Positions 1 to 10,700 of a stretch of 64,000 nucleotides of DNA are shown in pieces. Numbering within the stretch: the first letter of the stretch is position 1; each line of letters begins with the position of its first letter. The stretch covers positions 1,120,001 through 1,184,000 of the forward strand of contig JBEPYO010000001.1 of NCBI GenBank assembly GCA_041641295.1. The letters run 5' to 3'. The notes under the pieces are model-generated. The model was not told where the DNA came from and searched no databases. It saw only the letters and a program-made list of their open reading frames with translations. Source of the DNA: Nitrososphaerota archaeon (GTDB taxonomy: Archaea; Thermoproteota; Nitrososphaeria_A; Caldarchaeales; Calditenuaceae). A program made the position numbers and the translations under genes.

Positions 1-417
1 CGGCTCCACCACGACTATGTCAATATCAGACCACCTCTTATGCGCCTTCAAGAGAATGGAGCCAGAGATTCCTATCGACTCGAGGGGAAGGCCACCTTCC
101 TCCGAGAGGAGCCTCCCAAACTCCAAGGCCATGCTGGTCAACCGGTCAATTGGCTGAAGGTTTCTGAACCCCTCAAGCGAGGAGAGATACCTCTCCACAC
201 TCTCAACAGGGATCTGGGGCAAAACCTGCCCCGAGTGGTCGTCGAAGATTAGCCAGCCCCGAACCCTGTCCTCTATGTAGGCATACACCTCCTCCAGAGT
301 GGCCGCCCGTCCTAGACGGGGAAAAGCAACAACCTTTCCTGGAGGGTGTGAAACACCTTTAACAGCCATAAACCCCAGCTCGCCGACATAGATGTAGTCG
401 CCTTCAATCAAGCCCAA
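1..417 (-). CDS. Predicted nucleotidyltransferase (COG1665-like), 3' end runs off the window
   Basis: Not in ORF track. Manual translation from TTG at 417: MGLIEGDYIYVGELGFMAVKGVSHPPGK...IGISGSILLKAHKRWSDIDIVV, with the pol-beta-type GS...SDxD motif; frame open to position 1. Confidence 0.7.
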   Translation of the reverse strand, partial: MGLIEGDYIYVGELGFMAVKGVSHPPGKVVAFPRLGRAATLEEVYAYIEDRVRGWLIFDDHSGQVLPQIPVESVERYLSSLEGFRNLQPIDRLTSMALEFGRLLSEEGGLPLESIGISGSILLKAHKRWSDIDIVVVEP

Positions 418-479
418 ATCCCATGATAGTGATGGGTTTTAAAAGAGATAGTGTCGGAGCAATCACTCTATCCGCCCTC

Positions 480-2090
480 CTATCTTCTCAGCTCCCTCTC
501 CACTGACCTAAACATCCAGACCTGTGTCCAGATGGGTGTCCAAGGAAGCATGGTGAGCTGGTACTTGCTATCCAGGGCTCCCTCAACGACCTCGGGCCTG
601 CCCTTCGACAGATAACCCTTAGCAATTAGTGATGCATACCTCTCGGCATCTTCGGGGTCGAGATAGTGCCCCATATAGAGTATCAGTTCGGAGAGGTCCC
701 AAGACTTGTTGCCCTTAAGAGAGGCCTGTTCTAAATCCACCAGCCACGTCTCGGATAAGGGCTGCGCAATCATGAAATTGTCGGGTTTACAGTCTCCAAC
801 CACTACATCTCGCTCATGCACCTCAGCCAGCATTCTACCGACACCTATCGTTATCTCTTCTAGCCGTCTGTCTCCAATCCTTCCACGCTCACGAGTCCAC
901 GCCTCCGTCAAATTATATCCTCTGATTGCATTCTCAACTAGCACTTTATCACCCCAAGAGAGGTAAACAACACGTGGAACACGAAGCCCCTTCTCAGCCA
1001 AGTAGCTCAGGAAGAAGACCTCGTTACTCATCCTAGTCCCCGGTGAGAAGTAGAAGTTTCTCAGAGGCATGGCCCAAAGCTTGGCGGCGACCCATTTAAT
1101 ATCAGTCCAAGAGAAGTATCTCTTAACGAATAGAGCCTCTTTCGGGCTGCCGTCCACATATATTCGGAGGAGATAAGTCGAGTTTAGTATGGAGCCTTTC
1201 CTATCCAGCTTGACTTCGGCGTCCTCCAGTGAGAGGTGCTTTTTAATTGCCTCGATAAGCGGCTCGTCGCTTGAGATTGGTTGGAGGCCGTGGAAGGTCT
1301 TGATAAAGGCCCACTCCTCAGGCTCCATCTCAGCCAAGCTTGCAGGCGACTTTGGATAGGCCTCTGCGAGTAATAGCCTGAGCGCCCCGATCGCCACAGC
1401 AGGCTCCCTCACAACTCTTGTGACCTGGGGGTTGAATGGGAGCTTGAGTCTAGGCCTACTCCCGCCTAGGTGTCCCCGCATGACCTTTGAAGGGTTTAGG
1501 GCGTATAATTCGCCGTCTTTCTGTAAGACCCCATCCTCCTCTCGGGATGACTCATCTAGGGCTGTCCTCAGCCGAGATATGACCGTGGATAGGTGTTTTT
1601 CGCGGAGGCCATTCTCGGCGTTTAGCCACCAGAAGAGCCGGGTCAGGCTCGGCATGAGCGCTAGTTTGGGTTTGATCCACCTCAACAGGAAGTAGAGGGG
1701 GTGTAGCCTCACGTGGATGGCGGCGAGCTCGTAGCTCTCGATGACTGTTTCTGTTACGCGCTTGATTACTCGCTTCAAGTAGTGGGACTGTAACTGGCTA
1801 ATGACCTCTCCTCCTTGGACTACCTCGAAGGGTGTTAGGAGCCGTATCGCTAGGCTGTCGCCCAAGATGGAGGAGGAGACGTCTCTCTTCACAAACCCGA
1901 GTGGCGCTACTATCTCTCTGCGGCCGTCATCTACTGAGACTTCCAGTCCACGTCTCTCATCGCCGCTCATCGCCAACCGCTCAGCGATCACCGAGCCGTC
2001 GCTCTTGACAGGATATTCAAGCACCGCGACTATTTTTTCTCCGGCAGAGCCTTCCCTTCTCCGCCGCGCCTCGCCATCCCGTTCCAGCAT
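480..2090 (-). CDS. Protein with C-terminal atypical kinase domain (Bud32/RIO/Kdo-like)
   Basis: FVKRY lysine, HxxxxxxGDCKPDN catalytic loop, LVDLE metal-binding motif; N-terminal half unassigned. Confidence 0.7.
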   Translation of the reverse strand: MLERDGEARRRREGSAGEKIVAVLEYPVKSDGSVIAERLAMSGDERRGLEVSVDDGRREIVAPLGFVKRDVSSSILGDSLAIRLLTPFEVVQGGEVISQLQSHYLKRVIKRVTETVIESYELAAIHVRLHPLYFLLRWIKPKLALMPSLTRLFWWLNAENGLREKHLSTVISRLRTALDESSREEDGVLQKDGELYALNPSKVMRGHLGGSRPRLKLPFNPQVTRVVREPAVAIGALRLLLAEAYPKSPASLAEMEPEEWAFIKTFHGLQPISSDEPLIEAIKKHLSLEDAEVKLDRKGSILNSTYLLRIYVDGSPKEALFVKRYFSWTDIKWVAAKLWAMPLRNFYFSPGTRMSNEVFFLSYLAEKGLRVPRVVYLSWGDKVLVENAIRGYNLTEAWTRERGRIGDRRLEEITIGVGRMLAEVHERDVVVGDCKPDNFMIAQPLSETWLVDLEQASLKGNKSWDLSELILYMGHYLDPEDAERYASLIAKGYLSKGRPEVVEGALDSKYQLTMLPWTPIWTQVWMFRSVERELRR

Positions 2091-2201
2091 CTTGCTATAT
2101 CCATCAATAGGGCTGCCGCATTACTAAATAAAGAGTCGCCGGCTCGTTAGCCTCTGTGGGGAGCGATTCTTTTTAATCTGGGCTGCTGGGATTTAGGGTG
2201 T

Positions 2202-3536
2202 ATGGTGGGGGCGCGGCGAGTGGCTTTAGAGGCTTTGAGAACGGCGAAGAGGCTGGGGGCTACTGACGCGGCGGTTGACTTGGCGGACGTGACCATCTAC
2301 ATGATACGCTTCTCAAATAATGAGATAACGGTCTCGAAGGTGTTTGACGAGTATGAGGTCTCGGTTTATCTGGCTATAGGTGAGAGGCGGGGGGTGGCCT
2401 CAACCTCTGTCCGCAGCCTCTCTGAGATAAAGAGGTTGATTGCGGGTTTGGCGGAGACTACTCGGCTGGCGGGGCCGAGTGATGTCTATGCGCCGCTTCC
2501 AAGGGGGCCGTTCAAGTATGATAGGGGGCTTCTCTCGCGGGGGAGGAGGGCTCCTCCACCGGAAGACGTTGTTGGGTGGGTTGAGGAGGCTGTTTCGGGG
2601 GCTAGGAATAGTGGTGCTGTTCGGGTTGCAGGGTCCCTCATAGTGAGTGAGGTTCGTAGGACTCTCTACACCTCTGGTGGGGTTAGGGTAGAGTCTAGCA
2701 GTGAGAGGATTGAGCTGTCGGTTAGGGCTTTTCTAAATGGGGCGTCGAGTGGGCAGTTCTCTACTGCCACGGCTAGTAGGGAGGAGTTTAACCCCTATAA
2801 GACTGGGGAGATGGCGGGTGAGGTTGCGCGTCTGGCGAAGAACCCGGTGAGCGGTGAGCCGGGCGTGTATGACGCTATACTAGGCCCCATGACCTTCGCC
2901 AACATTTTAGAGGAGGTGGGGAGGGCGGCTTCAGCCTACAGCGTTCTCACGGGGCTCTCATTCCTAGAGGGCAAGATTGGTGAGTTGGTTGCGTCTAAAA
3001 TCCTCACGCTCATAGACGACCCTACACTACCCACCGCGTATGGCTCAGAGGCCTTTGATGATGAGGGGCTTCCGACCAAGCGTAAGGCGATAATAGAGTC
3101 TGGGGAGCTTAAGACCTATCTACACAATAGTGCGACGGCGAAGAAGTTTGAGACTGAGAGCACGGCTAATGCTGGATGGATATCCCCCGAGCCTTTCAAC
3201 CTAGTCGTGGAGGGTGGAAGCGCCACGCTTAACCAGCTGTTATCAAAGGTTGATAGGGGGATCTTCGTTACCAATGACTGGTACCTTAGGTATAGGAACT
3301 TCAGGACTGGAGACTTCTCGACTATTCCGCGCGACGGTCTCTTCCTAGTTAAGAATGGGAGTATTGAGGCTGCGTTGAAGGATCTGAGGCTGAGTGATAA
3401 TATTTTGAGGATTATGAGGAATTTGGAGGAGATGACGGCGGATAAATACTGGATAAAGTGGTGGGAGGTGGAGGTCCCGGTGAGGGCGCCTTATGCTCTT
3501 GTGAGGAATGTGAACTTCACGAAGTCCACTATTTAG
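2202..3536 (+). CDS. TldD/PmbA family protein (PmbA-like)
   Basis: FDDEG motif, DDPT, TGDFS, 444 aa typical length; no HExxH seen. Confidence 0.85.
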   Translation: MVGARRVALEALRTAKRLGATDAAVDLADVTIYMIRFSNNEITVSKVFDEYEVSVYLAIGERRGVASTSVRSLSEIKRLIAGLAETTRLAGPSDVYAPLPRGPFKYDRGLLSRGRRAPPPEDVVGWVEEAVSGARNSGAVRVAGSLIVSEVRRTLYTSGGVRVESSSERIELSVRAFLNGASSGQFSTATASREEFNPYKTGEMAGEVARLAKNPVSGEPGVYDAILGPMTFANILEEVGRAASAYSVLTGLSFLEGKIGELVASKILTLIDDPTLPTAYGSEAFDDEGLPTKRKAIIESGELKTYLHNSATAKKFETESTANAGWISPEPFNLVVEGGSATLNQLLSKVDRGIFVTNDWYLRYRNFRTGDFSTIPRDGLFLVKNGSIEAALKDLRLSDNILRIMRNLEEMTADKYWIKWWEVEVPVRAPYALVRNVNFTKSTI

Positions 3537-3560
3537 CTGGGGTGCTTTTTCTCAGTTGGT

Positions 3561-4052
3561 TTAGAATTTGTAGCCTATTTTTCGGAGGAACTCTCTCCGC
3601 TCGCGTATGTTTTGCTCGTTCTCGATTCCTTTGGGCTTGTAGCCGTCAACGACGCCTATTATTCCGCGGCCTTGGTCGGTCTCCGCTACTATTACTTGGA
3701 GTGGGTTTGCGGTTGCGCATAAGATGGTGCATACTTCGGGGACTTCTTTGAGTCTTCCAAGTATGTTGATTGGGTAGAGGTTGCGTGTGAATATTAGGAA
3801 TGTGTGGCCGCATCCTATTTTGAGGAGGGTTTCGGCTGCGAGTTTTCTTAGTTCTTCGTCGGTTCCTTCGTGTCTGATGAGGCATGGGCCGCTGGCTTCG
3901 CTGAAGGCGAGGCCGAATTTTGCGCCGGGGACTGTGTTGACTATTGCTTCGTAGATGTCTTCGACGCTTTTTATGAAGTGGGTGATTCCGAGTATTGCGT
4001 TGCACCCCTCGGGAGTCTCGACTTTTATGACCTCGAGTTTGACGGTGCTCAC
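3561..4052 (-). CDS. Adenosine-specific kinase family (DUF355)
   Basis: [29 protein letters not shown] motifs. Confidence 0.85.
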   Translation of the reverse strand: MSTVKLEVIKVETPEGCNAILGITHFIKSVEDIYEAIVNTVPGAKFGLAFSEASGPCLIRHEGTDEELRKLAAETLLKIGCGHTFLIFTRNLYPINILGRLKEVPEVCTILCATANPLQVIVAETDQGRGIIGVVDGYKPKGIENEQNIRERREFLRKIGYKF

Positions 4053-4117
4053 GGGGCTAGTAGTGTTGGGGGATTCTAAATAATCATTTGCGCCGGGGAG
4101 GGGCGGGGGTAGGGGTG

Positions 4118-4549
4118 TTAGCGGGATAGTAGGATGACTGCGCCTATGGCCATTGCTATTCCGAGGATTTTTGTCCAGGTGATTGATTCGCCTAGGAAGA
4201 GGAGGCTGAGGAAGGCGGCTAGTGCTAGGCCGAGTCTTGAGATGGGGATGATGGTGCTGCCTTCGCCTATTCGGAGGGCTGTCATGAGGGCTATTAGTGC
4301 TATGGAGATGGTTACTCCTGAGATGAGGGCGTAGGGGATTAGTCTGGGGCCCATTTCTGGCATGTGGCCTTCGATTAGTAGGGCTGCTACTGGGAGGATT
4401 GCCAGCAGGGTGAGGGTTTCTAGGAGGAGGTATCCTGTTGGTGAGCCGCCCTCAATCATTCCTTTCCGTCTGATGAAGTCTGTTAGTCCTAGGCAGAGGA
4501 AGGCGACGAGTGCTAGGGCTATGTCTAGTCTTGCTGCTTCTGCTGTCAT
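4118..4549 (-). CDS. EamA/DMT family small membrane transporter
   Basis: Five hydrophobic segments, FLGE...KILG C-terminal signature. Confidence 0.8.
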   Translation of the reverse strand: MTAEAARLDIALALVAFLCLGLTDFIRRKGMIEGGSPTGYLLLETLTLLAILPVAALLIEGHMPEMGPRLIPYALISGVTISIALIALMTALRIGEGSTIIPISRLGLALAAFLSLLFLGESITWTKILGIAMAIGAVILLSR

Positions 4550-4635
4550 GGGGTTTATTGTAGCTGTTCGGTGTCTTAAAGGCTTGTGCTGGGGGTGTCT
4601 TGGCCTTTGGGGTGTTTTGCTGGGTGGTTTGGGGG

Positions 4636-4643
4636 TTTATATA
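4636..4643 (+). promoter_or_regulatory. Probable TATA box for the large surface-protein gene
   Basis: TTTATATA in an otherwise G/T-rich intergenic region, ~120 nt upstream of ATG 4761. Confidence 0.4.
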
Positions 4644-4760
4644 GTGTTGTTTTTCGGGGTTTTGGCGGGTTTCTGCGGGTTGTTCTAGGGTTTGGAGTTG
4701 TCCTAGAATGGATGGGTCTTTATGGTTGGGTTTGGGTTGTTTGGGCTGCGTGATTGGGAA

Positions 4761-7700
4761 ATGCCCGATAATAGTGGGCATAGTAAGTTAGGTGCGTTGA
4801 ATGCGGCGAAGGTTGCTCTGCTGGTAGCGATGCTGATAGTGCCTGCTGTGCTGGTTGCAGTGCCAGTGATTCAGGCACAGACAACATACTCGGCCTGGCT
4901 GAAGCTGGTGACGACAAGCTGGAACGGACAGCCCTGTATAGCTGGCGGTACTCCTGCATGTGTTGGTGCGACTACTGGTTTTGCCGACAGGTATAATCTG
5001 ACGGCGAATTGGTATTGGGTTGAGGTGTATCATGAGAAGAGGGGAGCGCCGTTTAACGATGTTGTCTTTGCTGGGAAGTTCTATCCGAACGGTACAGGCT
5101 TTGTGCTGATTAGCTGGCCTGTGGATTGGCCTAACGTTACTGTTGTTGTGAAGGCTAAGAGCTATGATGGGACAGAGATCGGTGCAGGGACACTCTACGA
5201 TGGAATAATCGTGTACATGCTAGTGATCAACCCGACAGATGTCTATCTGAATGCGAAAACAGGATCAGGCTGGGGTGGCTTCTATTCGAGAATCATTGAC
5301 ATGACAGGTACTATCACTTCCTACCCCTTCTATAGGCCGACTGCTGCTGGCCCGGTTAACTTTGTGAGGATCTGGCCAAAAAGCTTCGCAGGGAATCATA
5401 GCCACCCTACCGCTGCCGATGCTTGGGTCGCTAACTCTTCAGTCATCTTCAAGCCCTTCCACGTTCACACATGGTACAGCGTCCTTGACAACCTGAGCTA
5501 CGCCCAGGTAAAGATCTATGATATTAACCACACGGCCGCCGATAGTAGCGCCTCACTGCTCAGGGCGTTCGTTACTAAGGGTGATGGTAGCGGAAATAGC
5601 TTATACGACCCGAGGACTACTGGCGAGATGTTCCCGGTCTACGGGACTAGGTGGAGGGATAACGAGCTCGTACCAATACCACTCCAAGCAATAAACCTCA
5701 ACGCCAAGAGACCCTACAGTCAGAATTTACCAAGAGGTGGTGTAACTACTTATGCCCACCTTAACGCCACTGTAAGAGTGTGGTGGGAATCAGTACTGGT
5801 AAACACGACATTCTACGTAGGGCCAGACCTAGCACAACCCAACCAGCTGGTAACTGTCAACTCAGGGCCGCCTCCAGTGGTCTATCCAGGTAACGACTTC
5901 CAATCAGCACAATTACCAACTATGCAGTCCCTCAGCATATATTACAACCACACTACACCAGTAAATCCTGCGGCTAGGCTGTATGACTATCTTAACGCCA
6001 CCGTCTTCTACTGGAGGTGCGGCGCACGGGACGACGACCTACTCGTAAACGGCACCGACACATCCATTGGATGGGTCGGTTCCGCCCTATTCGACGCCCA
6101 GTGCATCGTCAACCTCAGAGACAAGAACTCGAATGTCTATCACACGCTACATGAGAGGGGTTCAACAGGACAAAGATGGGAAGTATCATCCACGCAGCTC
6201 ACAGACTACTATGCCTTATCTGATGATCCGCACGATTGGTCCGGATATCTCTCAGCATTTAGAGGATATCTTAGGGCTCCAAACGCTACTATGTGGACAG
6301 GCCTTTACACCAAGTTCGCTGGAGTTACGATTGATGGGACAAGCGCGGCGGGCCTCATCTATGTCTCCAAATACTACAGCGGTACAGCCGACCTCACCCA
6401 AGACCCATCACTAGTAGCCGTCAACGACTACCTCAAGACTAGGAGTATTGCAGACGACCCAGGCCCCTACAGGGGCATAAGACTCGAAGTCCAGTACGCA
6501 GGAGGCTACAAGAACCTTTACGGAGGCCTCAAACAAACAGTAGGAGTCTACACACTACAAAACATATACCTAATTGCACTAAAGGATACTACACCTGCAC
6601 CCGGTTGGGTAGACCCATTCGCCACAGCCATATCAGGCAACTACCCAGAAATACTCACGCCCTCTCCACTACGACAGATTAGGCTGGGTACCTCCGAGAA
6701 CGGTGGGCCAATAGCCGGAATAGTCGATAGCAATACAGTAGAAAATGTTCCTAACCCCCCCGGTTCAGATAGGACCTTCGAGCGGGATGGTAAGCTGCTT
6801 GTCGTTGCTAATGCGAGTGATATCGTCTTCGCGGTATATGATAACCAGGGCTCACTACTCACACCGCCACAAACAGACATATGGCTACTCAGAGAGAACG
6901 GAGTACCAGTACAACTAGCATGGTATAGATTTTATGATACACCATCTGCAGGTATTGCACGATATGTTCGCGAGAGCGAATTCGTCCCATTCCTCCAGTT
7001 CATAAACGTGTCCACCAGCCTATTCTCAGGGCCTCCGCCCTCCCACATCGCGGTCGCATACCAAGTACCAGAGAACCTCATGTACGGTGTTATAGTCAAG
7101 TTTGAAGGCGTATCAGTCTACCAGAACGAGGGAGAAATACCCAAGCTCATCAAGACGGTCTACAAGCAGCTCACAGTAAGTGTCTTCAAGCTTAAGGTAG
7201 TCTTCGTGGACTGCCAGGACAGGCCGCTAACCAACACACCCGCTTGGGTGATTGACCCAATACTCGGTACAGAGGTCAGGTTCAACACAGGCCCAGACGG
7301 TGCAAGAGACTTCATCGTCCCAGCAGACAGCATAACATTCACCAGACTCTACTGGAAAGGAGTAGACGTACCGCTACTAGAGGCAATACTACCCAACGGC
7401 ACAAAGATACAAGCAGAAGGCGGCAAGGTAACAATACCCGCAACCGCTGACATCTACGCCCCAATCAAGATCAAGGTCTTAGTCGACGACTTCGTCTTCA
7501 AGACATGGGACTTCCAAGGCACAACAGCCATACCCAGACTAAACATAACAATATGGTGGACAGGCTACAACATAAGCGACCCCACCAAGTCCCCATGGAC
7601 ATTCCTAGAAACCATGGATCCGAGGGGCTACGGCGTATCCGATGACACACTAGCCCAGAGGCTCGGAGACCCAAGAATCGAGCTACCATTTGACGCCGAC

Positions 7701-10700
7701 AGGTGGAACACAAGCGTCAGGGTAGCACAGTTCTTCGCCTACGTAATCTTCTACGACAACAGGACCAACGAATACACATTCTACCAGATGCCACCAGCAA
7801 TATACAACATAATCGTAACAACAGTAGTCCCGATACCTGGCTTCAGCGCTTCAGCATCACCAGGTGTAGGATTCTGGCCAGGAGAGACACAGGACAGAGC
7901 ATACGAGTCAGTCATAGTCTGGAAACCAGGCGCCGAGTCCGTCACACCCGAAGAAGTACACGAGGGAGCCAAGACTAGAGTCGTCCTAAGAGAGTTCAAC
8001 AAAGACCTGAGATACACTTCCTGCGGCGTACAGAACGTAGACCTGAAGACGTGGGCACTCCACTGGTTCCTCGAGATGATTGACAGCGACCTGCCGATAG
8101 GCGATGTAAGATTCGACATAGTCAACGACAACTTCCTGTCAATGACACTCGACCTAGGCAACTCCACCAAGTGGGACAAGCTCACACTCGAATACAAGAC
8201 AATCATATACGGAACGAACAAGCGCGGTCCACAGGACTACTCGTACATCTGGTGGAACGGAAGCTACAGGCTAGAGGACGTCAGACTCGTCACCAACATG
8301 AGCTTCACAGTCGACAAGTTCTACAACGCCACTGCACCCAACAAGGTCTGGCCGACGCTAAACTTCACGCTACAGCCCAACGCAGAACTACACGCCCAGC
8401 AGGCACTATACAGTGACTGGCTAGACCTTCAAGAGGACTTCGGCTACAAGATAATAATCTATGACAAGGAGACACTAAGAGCACCACTACCAGTAACACT
8501 CATCAAGCCCAGAGCAATAGACAAGGGAGGAGCACCACTAGAAAACGCACTAATCGAACTATGGATACTTGACGTAAACAAAGCATCAAAGATAGATATA
8601 ACAGACCCTGATGGAGACGATACCATCACTGTATGGGACACCACATATACAGAGGGTCAGTGCCGAGTATCCCCCCACACAGTGTCTATATCGTGGGTGT
8701 GGGAGACAAAGAGAGTAGCAGACAGAGACACACCACAACACTTCGAAGAGGTAACATGGGACAGGCTGAATCTAACAATAGATGGCGATAAGATGTTCTT
8801 ACAGGTCCCGCCATACCCGGCTAAGCTCTACTTAAGAGATATAGGTGTTGGTGATGATGATAACTTTGTTGTGACTGCCAAGGAGATCTACTGGTTAGTC
8901 GACAACGAGGGTTGCCCGATCGACAACAACGACGAGGATGAGGGTGGAGCCGATACGCCTATGACATACGATGACGGACTGCTCAAGTATGCTAGGTGGA
9001 AGACGCAGGCAGACGGCACAATCAAGAGCTTCACAATACCCGGCTACGAGGGACTACTACTAGTCCCAACCAGCGGCTGGCTGAACGAGACATTCAGCGC
9101 AGAGGGAGCGACTGGCGTGGACCTTGAGGAGGAGTTCCACTACCAGTTCAACGTCGTATGGAAGAGCGCAGTCGTCTACAGCGACAACTTCGTCCTAGAC
9201 AAGGGACCAGTAATAGAGTTCGGAGCCTCAGAAGTCTACGACGTCAGATTCATGTTCACACTCAGCAACTCCACCAACCCAGCTGACGCAGTAAGAAACC
9301 TCAACCTATGGATCTACTACCCCAACGTAACAACATGGCATGAAGCGAAACTATGGAGCAAGCCGATACCTCCGCCGCAGGACTACGCGGCCTGTGAGGA
9401 GAGCTATTTCACATGCGATCTGAGGGTCACCTTGATCAGCAGCGCTGACGCTGACGGCGTAGTAGAGTTCAGCAAGATACCCGGACCAAGATTCATGAAC
9501 ACCACTTGGAAATACGTCTTCAGCGCCAACCACTCAGCAATAACATGGCTAACAGACCTGGTCGCAACACAGTTCGTACTCAACAACGAGACCTTCGGAG
9601 ATGGCCCACTCAAGAAAGTAACTAAGAGCGGGATAGATGTCCCAATAATGCTCAACGCAGCCCACCAGCTACAATTCCTAGTACTAGGTTGGAGAGACGA
9701 ACAAGGCATACCCACAGCCTACCCACTCGAAGGCTTCAACGTCAAATACGAAATACGCAACCTAGAAGCCAAGATAACGGCTGCATCCGGAACAGCTGTC
9801 TCAGACACCAACGGCCTAGCAACAGTCGCAAGTGACCCAAGAGACCCAACCAAAGTCCTATGGGCAGGACTAACAGTCAGATACAGGGTCGAACCACCAT
9901 CATGGCTCATCAACGTCAACGATGCCAGGTGGAGTCAGCTGCTCGGAGCCAGAGGCGTAGAAGTCGTATCATACACAGGCTACACACCAGACCCGAGACC
10001 CAGCGTAGGCGCTTACTTCCCAGACGAAGTCCCAACACACTGGGCAATAACAACGATCTCAACGTGGTTCAGTGAGGATGGCTACTGCTTCGGCCTATGC
10101 ACCGCCTACTTCCCAGAAGAGGGCAGGACTAGAAGCAAGCCATACATAATCAACGTCGACTACACAATCGTCACTGTCAGGGCGCTAGACTTCAACGGCA
10201 GACCACTGAGAGGAGCATTCGTAGAGATTGTCGAGAGGGCCAGCGGCAGAGTAGCCGGCTGGAGCTACACCTTCGGCTCAACATGGACAAGACAGCCCAT
10301 CGACCTACAACAGCTATACGACTACCACAGAGTATCACTACTACCAGCTAGGATAGTGGGAGGCGACGGATACACAGAATTCATACCAGTAGCCGTAGGC
10401 CCATGGAACTATGACGCAAACAACGACGACAAGATAGACGTACGCGGCGAATGGAAGGAGGGTGCAAGAGGAGACGACCCCAGAACATCGGACCGTGAAG
10501 GAACTGCACTCGCATACATAGTCAGAGTCTACTGGGCTGCAACTGACCCAAGCCCAGACAACGCTAACGGAGACCTAAGGGCAATCTGGCCGTTCATCGA
10601 TCCGCAGAAGCCATTCACAACAACAGAGGCCGGCCAGTCAGTCAGGAAGTACCACGTCAAGGTCTATGACAGCGACTTCGACGAGACTGACGAGGCGGCA

